This document shows positions 26,529 to 33,020 of a stretch of DNA of 33,020 bases, piece after piece. The translations under genes were made by a program, and so were the position numbers. Numbering within the stretch: position 1 is the stretch's first letter; every line of letters starts with the position of its first letter. The stretch lies in the sequence record DRR378314_33; one strand, 5' to 3'. The notes under the pieces are model-generated. The model saw only the letters and a list, made by a program, of their open reading frames with translations. It searched no databases and had not been told where the DNA came from.

Positions 26529-27736
26529 GACCTATGAAAAACGCATATATCTGTGACGCAATTAGAACCCCCATTGGCCGCTATGGTGGCGCCCTGTCTG
26601 CTGTCAGAACAGATGACCTTGGCGCTATTCCCATAAAAGCTTTGATGGAACGAAACGCTGGTGTCGACTGGACAAAAGTTGACGATATTATTTATGGCAA
26701 TGCCAATCAAGCCGGCGAAGACAACAGAAATGTTGCCCGCATGAGCGCCCTCCTCTCCGGACTTCCGGAAACAGCACCGGGCTCAACCATCAACCGCCTT
26801 TGTGGGTCTGGTCTGGACGCAACAGGATCCATTGCCCGTCAAATCATGACCGGCGAAGCTCATCTGGCGATTTCCGGCGGTGTTGAAAGCATGAGCCGCG
26901 CGCCATTTGTCATGGGCAAAGCAACAACTGCTTTTTCGCGGAATGCCGAAATTTTTGATACCACAATCGGCTGGCGCTTCGTCAATAAATTGATGAAGGA
27001 ACAATATGGAACCGACAGTATGCCTGAAACCGCTGAGAACGTCGCCGATGACTACGGTGTCAACCGAGCGGATCAGGATCAATTTGCCTTTCGCAGTCAG
27101 GAAAAAGCCGCCGCTGCCCAGGCGAATGGCACCCTTGCCGAGGAAATTACAGCTGTAACCATCCCACAGCGCAAAGGTGATGCGATTATTGTCGATAAAG
27201 ATGAACATCCCCGCGCGACAACCCTCGAAAAACTCTCAGCACTTCGCCCGATTGTCAGACCCGACGGAACGGTCACCGCCGGCAATGCATCCGGTGTCAA
27301 TGATGGGGCTTGTGCTTTGTTGCTGGCTTCTGATGAAGCGGTCAAATCTTATAATCTCACACCAAAAGCCCGAGTTGTTGCAACCGCTGTTGCAGGTGTT
27401 CCGCCCAGGATCATGGGAATTGGTCCCGCCCCAGCAACGCAAAAACTATTGGCACTTACCGGGCTTTCCATAAAGGACATGGATGTCATTGAACTGAATG
27501 AAGCCTTCGCAGCCCAGGGACTTGCGGTTACCCGCGAACTCGGTATTGCGGATGACGATCCACGGGTCAACCCCCAAGGCGGCGCTATTGCGCTGGGCCA
27601 TCCTCTTGGTATGTCCGGGGCTCGCCTGGCAACAACAGCAACTTATCAATTGCAAAGAACTGGTGGAAAATACGCACTCTGCACCATGTGTATTGGCGTG
27701 GGTCAGGGTATTGCCATGATTATTGAAAGAGTCTGA
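26525..27736 (+). CDS. paaJ: 3-oxoadipyl-CoA / 3-oxo-5,6-dehydrosuberyl-CoA thiolase (PaaJ/PcaF)
   Basis: RTPIGRYGGALSAVRTDDL, ANQAGEDNRNVARM, NRLCGSG, NEAFAAQ, GHPLG, MCIGVGQG; ATGA overlap with paaI (alternative start 26534). Confidence 0.93.
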   Translation: MRPMKNAYICDAIRTPIGRYGGALSAVRTDDLGAIPIKALMERNAGVDWTKVDDIIYGNANQAGEDNRNVARMSALLSGLPETAPGSTINRLCGSGLDATGSIARQIMTGEAHLAISGGVESMSRAPFVMGKATTAFSRNAEIFDTTIGWRFVNKLMKEQYGTDSMPETAENVADDYGVNRADQDQFAFRSQEKAAAAQANGTLAEEITAVTIPQRKGDAIIVDKDEHPRATTLEKLSALRPIVRPDGTVTAGNASGVNDGACALLLASDEAVKSYNLTPKARVVATAVAGVPPRIMGIGPAPATQKLLALTGLSIKDMDVIELNEAFAAQGLAVTRELGIADDDPRVNPQGGAIALGHPLGMSGARLATTATYQLQRTGGKYALCTMCIGVGQGIAMIIERV

Positions 27737-27775
27737 TCACAAGGTCAGACCAGTTAAAAAACAGACGGAGGAACC

Positions 27776-29077
27776 ATGTCTCGCTTAACTCCCCCTAAAA
27801 AGGAAGAGCTGGACCCAATTGAAATCGCCAGCCGCGATGAAATTTCGGCACTGCAACTGGACCGGTTGAAATGGTCTGTCACGCATGCCTATTCAAACGT
27901 TCCGCTATTTAAGGATCGCTTTGACGCAGCTGGTCTTCATCCGTCTGATCTTAAAAATCTCGAAGATCTTGGGAAACTACCGTTCTGCAATAAACAGGAT
28001 CTTCGGGATAATTACCCCTTTGGAATGTTCGCTGTTCCGCAAAAGGATGTTGTACGCTTGCATGCCTCGTCGGGGACAACCGGACGGGCAACGGTTGTCG
28101 CCTATACCAAGACGGACATTGATAATTGGGCAGACATGGTCGCCAGAAGCATTCGCGCCTCCGGGGGTCGTCCTGAACATATGGTGCATATCACCTATGG
28201 ATACGGTCTGTTTACCGGCGGGCTCGGCGCTCACTATGGCGCAGAACGGCTCGGATGTACCGTTGTTCCCTTTGGCGGGGGACAAACGGAACGACAGGTT
28301 CAGTTAATCACCGACTTTAAGCCCGATATCATCATGGTTACGCCCTCTTATATGATGGCCATCGCCGAAGAATTTAAACGTCAGGGCCTTGATCCCGCCA
28401 AAAGCTCTCTGAAGGGTGGAATTTTTGGGGCGGAGCCATGGACCGAAGCCATGCGTCAACAGATCGAAACCGTTTTTGAAATGGATGCCCTGGATATTTA
28501 TGGACTGTCCGAGGTCATGGGGCCAGGCGTTGCCAATGAATGTATTGAAACCAAAGACGGCCTGACCGTATGGGAAGATCACTTTTATCCGGAAATCATC
28601 AATCCGGAAACCGGTGAAGTTCTTCCCGATGGAGAGCGGGGTGAGCTGGTTTTCACAACCCTCACCAAAGAAGCCTTTCCCGTAATTCGTTACCGGACCG
28701 GTGATTTAACCCGGTTGTTGCCCGGCACGGCCCGCTCCATGCGGCGCATTGAAAAAATTACTGGCCGAGTGGATGACATGTTAATCATTCGGGGCGTCAA
28801 TCTGTTTCCAAGCCATGTGGAGGATCTGGCCGTCGCCACGGTGGGCCTAACCGCCCATTATGTGTTGGAAGTCACACGCGAAGGGATCATGGATGAATTG
28901 ACTGTCAAAGTTGAGCGTGATCCACTTGCGGGACGCGATGAAACGGTCGGTCATGAACTTCAGAAACGAATTAAATCAGTTCTGGGCGTAACCTCAAAAG
29001 TGATTGTCTGTGAGCCTGGAGATATCGAGCGCTCAGCAGGAAAAGCCAAAAGGGTGATTGATCATCGCAAACTCTGA
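27776..29077 (+). CDS. paaK: Phenylacetate-CoA ligase
   Basis: LDPIEIASRDEISALQ, DLRDNYPFG, HASSGTTG, YGYGLFTGGLGAHYGAE, DIYGLSEVMGPG, RYRTGD, GKAKRV. Confidence 0.97.
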   Translation: MSRLTPPKKEELDPIEIASRDEISALQLDRLKWSVTHAYSNVPLFKDRFDAAGLHPSDLKNLEDLGKLPFCNKQDLRDNYPFGMFAVPQKDVVRLHASSGTTGRATVVAYTKTDIDNWADMVARSIRASGGRPEHMVHITYGYGLFTGGLGAHYGAERLGCTVVPFGGGQTERQVQLITDFKPDIIMVTPSYMMAIAEEFKRQGLDPAKSSLKGGIFGAEPWTEAMRQQIETVFEMDALDIYGLSEVMGPGVANECIETKDGLTVWEDHFYPEIINPETGEVLPDGERGELVFTTLTKEAFPVIRYRTGDLTRLLPGTARSMRRIEKITGRVDDMLIIRGVNLFPSHVEDLAVATVGLTAHYVLEVTREGIMDELTVKVERDPLAGRDETVGHELQKRIKSVLGVTSKVIVCEPGDIERSAGKAKRVIDHRKL

Positions 29078-29095
29078 GACCGGGTTGGAGGATCA

Positions 29096-29791
29096 ATGGA
29101 CACCAAATTTACAGGCTTTTCAAAAGAGTTACTGAAATTCTATCAGGACCTTTCCGAGAATAACAATCGGGACTGGTTTCAAAAAAACAAGCAGCGCTAC
29201 CGCGAGGTAGCCCTGCTGCCGATGTGCGACTTCATTGAAAGCTTCGCCCCTTATCTTGAAGATATCGCCCCCTATTACATTGCTGATCCCCGGCCCAATG
29301 GCGGATCGGTTTTTCGCATCCATCGGGATGTCCGCTTTGCCAAAGACAAAAAACCTTATAAGGAACATCTGGCCTGTCAGTTTCGTCATCAAGCCGGTAA
29401 AGATGCTCATGCGCCTGGGTTCTACCTCCATATAGATTTGGAAGGCGTGCGTTTCGGCGGCGGACTTTGGCTTCCCCCACCCCCAAAACTCGCTCTGATC
29501 CGTGAAGCAATTGATGAAAAACCTGACCAATGGCACGCAATTATTGATGATCCGGATATTATCAGTGAATTTGGAACCGTTCATGGGGATGGCCTGAAAA
29601 CTGCGCCCAAAGGTTATCCGAAAGATCATCCAAATATCATTGATTTACGCAGGAAAACCTTCTTCCTGATGAAACGTATGCCGCTTGAAACCCTTTTCGA
29701 GTCATCTTTCATGGCGACGGTTACCCAGAGTTACCGCGTCTCCCGCCCGTTTATGCAATTTATGACAACGGCGGTTGGCTTACCGTTCTGA
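29096..29791 (+). CDS. DUF2461 (TIGR02453-like) protein
   Basis: LSENNNRDWFQKNK, FRIHRDVRFAKDKKPYK, GFYLHI, LKTAPKGYPKDHP.IDLRRK. Confidence 0.92.
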   Translation: MDTKFTGFSKELLKFYQDLSENNNRDWFQKNKQRYREVALLPMCDFIESFAPYLEDIAPYYIADPRPNGGSVFRIHRDVRFAKDKKPYKEHLACQFRHQAGKDAHAPGFYLHIDLEGVRFGGGLWLPPPPKLALIREAIDEKPDQWHAIIDDPDIISEFGTVHGDGLKTAPKGYPKDHPNIIDLRRKTFFLMKRMPLETLFESSFMATVTQSYRVSRPFMQFMTTAVGLPF

Positions 29792-29905
29792 GAGCGCAAT
29801 GGGATGTGCGGCGAAACAAATAGTTGTTTTAAACTAACCAGATATTAAGATATTTCGGATAGGTTGAAATCAGTTAGTAGACGGTTCCCTGTAAGGATCG
29901 GTGCC

Positions 29906-30127
29906 ATGATGAATGTGATTGAATTTCAACCAGACTCCACTGTAGACCTTTATAGCACTGCGCATTTTATGATTATGCAGCAAGGTGAGGAGGCTATTGA
30001 ATTGTTGGACAAAGAAGCACAGACCCTGCGTCAAAGCGGGTCCACTGATGAGCTTTATGTCTGCCTAGACCTTCTCAGAGTGGTCCGCGAATTAATAGAT
30101 ATGGAATATAAAGGCCCAATCCACTAA
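29906..30127 (+). CDS. Small acidic helical hypothetical protein (73 aa)
   Basis: AAGGA SD, ATG 29906, own terminator; VDLYSTAHFMIMQQGEEA...VCLDLLRVVREL...PIH. Confidence 0.7.
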   Translation: MMNVIEFQPDSTVDLYSTAHFMIMQQGEEAIELLDKEAQTLRQSGSTDELYVCLDLLRVVRELIDMEYKGPIH

Positions 30128-30151
30128 TTCATAGTCTCACTTCCCACACCC

Positions 30152-30179
30152 AAGGCTTCCTTTTATGGAGGCCTTTTTT
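30152..30179 (+). terminator. Intrinsic terminator
   Basis: AAGGCTTCC-TTTTAT-GGAGGCCTT followed by T-run. Confidence 0.85.
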
Positions 30180-30238
30180 ATTGAATGGCTGGCGCGTTAA
30201 ACAGGAGTGCGTCCGGACACCTTCCTGCTTTTGTCAAT

Positions 30239-30265
30239 AAAAAAACCCGCCAGAAGCGGGTTTTC
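30239..30265 (-). terminator. Intrinsic terminator of the alcohol dehydrogenase gene (possibly bidirectional)
   Basis: A-run, AAAACCCGC-CAGAA-GCGGGTTTT. Confidence 0.85.
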
Positions 30266-30289
30266 TGCAAGGCTCAGGAAATACCCGGC

Positions 30290-31342
30290 CTAACTGTTTT
30301 GTAAAACAACCCGACCCATAACCCGGCCATTTGCCAAATCCTTTAATGCAGAATCAGCTTCACTCATTGGGCGTTGATCCAACTTCAATGCTTGTAACTT
30401 CCCGGCTTTTGCCAGATCCAGCAATTCCTCCATCTCCTCCAAAGATCCGACGAAGGAACCTTCAACCGCAATGGCTTTCATTGGAAATAGCGGCACTGGC
30501 ATGGAAAAGCCACCGCCAAACAGGCCAACAATCACAAGCTTGCCGCCTTTGGCCAAAATTCCGGTTCCAAATTTAGCGCTGCTTTCAGCCCCAACGAAGT
30601 CAATGGCCGCATTCACGCCGCCCTTGGTCAATGCCATCAGTTCTTTGAACTGCGCCCGATCCGACGGATCAAAAGCTTTATCCGCTCCCGCGTCCAATCC
30701 AAGCTGGCGTTTATCCGGATCAATATCCGCTACATAGACCGTTGCATTGGTGACCGATTTGACCATAGACATGGCGGCAAGGCCAACACCGCCGCAGCCA
30801 ATGATCATCAAACTCCCATTTTCCGCCCGACGCTGCACTTTTTTCAAGGCACCATAGGCGGTCAGCCCTGAACAGGTATAGGTGCAAGCCAGTTCAGCCG
30901 GAAGGGTTCCGTAGTCCAGTAGATATTTCTCATCAGGGACAAACACATGATCGCTGTAGCCACCGTCCACATCAACACCCAGTGCTTGTGGCCGGTTACA
31001 CAAATGTCCTTTTCCCGAATGACAAACACTGCAGTCATCGCACCCGATCCACGGATAAGCCACGCATCGATCACCGACTTTCCGGCCCGTGACCTGATCA
31101 CCAACCGCGACCACTTCGCCGACAATTTCATGTCCCAACGTAAAGGGCAGTTTGCGGCCACCCGTGATATCCAGTTTGTTGCCACCGCCCATGTCAAAAT
31201 ATCCTTCCCAAAGATGGACATCACTATGACACACCCCACAGGCCGATATTTTCAATAAGACTTGCTTGCCCGTTACAGTCGGCGCGGACACCTCATTACA
31301 GACAAGATCCGCCCCATATTCTTCAAACTGATAACTTTTCAT
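30290..31342 (-). CDS. Zn-dependent alcohol dehydrogenase (MDR family)
   Basis: CGVCHSD, LGHEIVG, structural Zn CDDCSVC...HLC, CSGLTAY, Rossmann GCGGVG. Confidence 0.95.
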   Translation of the reverse strand: MKSYQFEEYGADLVCNEVSAPTVTGKQVLLKISACGVCHSDVHLWEGYFDMGGGNKLDITGGRKLPFTLGHEIVGEVVAVGDQVTGRKVGDRCVAYPWIGCDDCSVCHSGKGHLCNRPQALGVDVDGGYSDHVFVPDEKYLLDYGTLPAELACTYTCSGLTAYGALKKVQRRAENGSLMIIGCGGVGLAAMSMVKSVTNATVYVADIDPDKRQLGLDAGADKAFDPSDRAQFKELMALTKGGVNAAIDFVGAESSAKFGTGILAKGGKLVIVGLFGGGFSMPVPLFPMKAIAVEGSFVGSLEEMEELLDLAKAGKLQALKLDQRPMSEADSALKDLANGRVMGRVVLQNS

Positions 31343-31591
31343 TCTTATTCTTCCTTTTTCGTCTCAATTCTATTCTTTAATCTTTTAGTCTTGAGAAACT
31401 CCCCTAGTCGTAAAACAGCATAGCCAATGCTGCCTGCAAAAAGAAGACATCGCGTTGAATTTTATTTCAACTCATTTTTTTTGCCCAATTAATACGATTA
31501 ATAGCCTTCCAGACTTGCACCTTTCGCGTAGCCTGAGAATACTAACTATTAATTGTTCTCTTTTTTAAATTTCGCAATAGGGTTGTATACC

Positions 31592-32482
31592 ATGACTCAA
31601 AATCTTAGCATTAATCTGCTGCGAACCTTTTTATGGGTTTCCACATTAAGGAGCTTTCGCCAAACCGCAGATCGAATGAGCACAACCCAGCCTGCCATAT
31701 CCGCCCGGATTGCAAAACTGGAATCCCTGCTGGGAACGCGGCTTTTCGATCGATCGACAGGTCACATCATGCTGACAGATGCCGGCGTGGCCCTGAAACC
31801 CCACGCGGAAAGCATTCTTCGGATCGCCGATAATTTAGTTGAATATGTCAAAGGAGACACCTCCCTGAACGGCATTATTCGCATCGGGGTCAGCGAGTTT
31901 GCCGTGGAAACCTGGCTTGACGGGTTCCTCAAGAACATCGCAAATATCTTTCCAGGCCTTAAAATATCTCTATGTGTGGATAGCAGCCGGAACCTTGAAA
32001 AAATGCTACTGGCCAAAAGTCTGGACCTGGTTTTTATTCTGGGTCCCGCTCATGATGAGAAAATCCAGAGTATAAAATTTGCTTCTTACGAATATTGCTG
32101 GATGGCACCAGCCAATAGCCGCTTAAACCCGCAAACCCTGTATTCTATCGAGGATCTGACCGAAAAAACCACATTTATCCTCAATCAGGCCGGGTCCAGT
32201 ATCCATCGGGAACTTCTGACGCATCTCAAATCAGAAGCGATCCCCCTGCCCAATCTTGTTCATTGCGCCAGTTATCATTTAGCAATCAAATTACTTGATA
32301 TCCAAGGCGGCATCGCCTTGATCCCCAAGCGGTTATTCCCTGAAAATGGAGCGAACGGCGAATATTTCCAGCTGCTGACCGACTGGTCACCGTCGCCAAT
32401 GCAATTTCTGGGCTGTTATCTGGACACGCCAGATCACAAAACGGCCGAGCGGATTATCCTTTATGTGAAATCACTGCTGTAA
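31592..32482 (+). CDS. LysR family transcriptional regulator
   Basis: LRTFLWVSTLRSFRQTADRMSTTQPAISARIAKLESLLGTRLFDR HTH, GIIRIGVSE; ATG 31592 preferred; T-N11-A palindrome ATTAATACGATTAAT at 31488-31502. Confidence 0.93.
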   Translation: MTQNLSINLLRTFLWVSTLRSFRQTADRMSTTQPAISARIAKLESLLGTRLFDRSTGHIMLTDAGVALKPHAESILRIADNLVEYVKGDTSLNGIIRIGVSEFAVETWLDGFLKNIANIFPGLKISLCVDSSRNLEKMLLAKSLDLVFILGPAHDEKIQSIKFASYEYCWMAPANSRLNPQTLYSIEDLTEKTTFILNQAGSSIHRELLTHLKSEAIPLPNLVHCASYHLAIKLLDIQGGIALIPKRLFPENGANGEYFQLLTDWSPSPMQFLGCYLDTPDHKTAERIILYVKSLL

Positions 32483-32484
32483 CC

Positions 32485-33020
32485 TCATGCAGCTTTCAAA
32501 CGGTCCCGATCATGTGCAGCCATCAAGTTGAATTCAGGCCCTAAGGGGATAATAGCTGTCGGGTTGATCTGGGACTGACTGCCATAATAATGGGATTTAA
32601 TATGTGTCATTTCCACGGTCTCTTTCACGCCGGGGATCTGATATAACTCCTTCAGGAAATTGTATAAATTCGGATAATCGACAATCCGCCGGATATTGCA
32701 TTTGAAATGTCCGTGATAGACCGGATCAAACCGCAACAAAGTGGTAAATAGCCGCCAGTCCGCTTCCGTCAGGTGATCCCCGGTCAAATACCGATGCTGG
32801 CTTAAGATCTCCTCCAGCCAATCCAGGCTATCAAACAAAGCCGTCACAGCTTCTTCATAGGCGTCCTGGCTTTGGGCAAAGCCGGATCGGTAAACCCCAT
32901 TATTAACCGTCTCATACACCCGCTCATTAATGGAGTCTATCTGATCCTGTAAATCTGCCGGGTAAAAATCACCTGCCTTTGCACCGACCGCGTCAAAGGC
33001 GGAATTGAACATGCGGATAA
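32485..33020 (-). CDS. yqjG: Glutathionyl-hydroquinone reductase / GST (YqjG-like), 3' part
   Basis: IIRMFNSAFD, VNNGVYRSGFA, LTEADWRLFTTLLRFDPVYHGHFKCN, HIKSHYY, INPTAIIPLGP; runs off the window end. Confidence 0.93.
   Translation of the reverse strand, partial: IRMFNSAFDAVGAKAGDFYPADLQDQIDSINERVYETVNNGVYRSGFAQSQDAYEEAVTALFDSLDWLEEILSQHRYLTGDHLTEADWRLFTTLLRFDPVYHGHFKCNIRRIVDYPNLYNFLKELYQIPGVKETVEMTHIKSHYYGSQSQINPTAIIPLGPEFNLMAAHDRDRLKAA

Overview
Mostly core chromosome of an alphaproteobacterium. The gene set, gene order and a tRNA-His with G-1:C73 suggest a lineage outside Rhizobiales/Rhodobacterales/Caulobacterales; a marine Sneathiella- or Rhodospirillales-like organism is my impression only. 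Left part: tRNA-Leu-tig-clpP-clpX (partial), nnr, an amidase, tRNA-His, two divergent PLP aminotransferases, slyX, a DUF3253-like gene, and a sigma54/NtrC-type glnB-glnA operon. Middle: a 2TM protein, yciA-like thioesterase, parE, an alpha/beta hydrolase, a DEAD-box helicase, a stand-alone Lrp ligand-binding domain and a DMT transporter. The one clearly accessory-looking block (about 18.8-24.1 kb) is a TRAP transporter, a TetR regulator and a TauD/AtsK-type dioxygenase that share a candidate operator, followed by an AT-rich spacer and a GGEEF diguanylate cyclase. Right part: a partial phenylacetate operon (paaG-paaI-paaJ-paaK), a DUF2461-like gene, a small orphan, a Zn-dependent alcohol dehydrogenase, a LysR regulator and a partial yqjG-like gene. 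I saw no CRISPR array, integrase, transposase or prophage. The best candidate for an undescribed system is the TRAP/TetR/TauD module, which may take up and desulfonate or desulfate a hydrophobic non-taurine substrate. All calls come from reading the sequence by eye; no searches were run.
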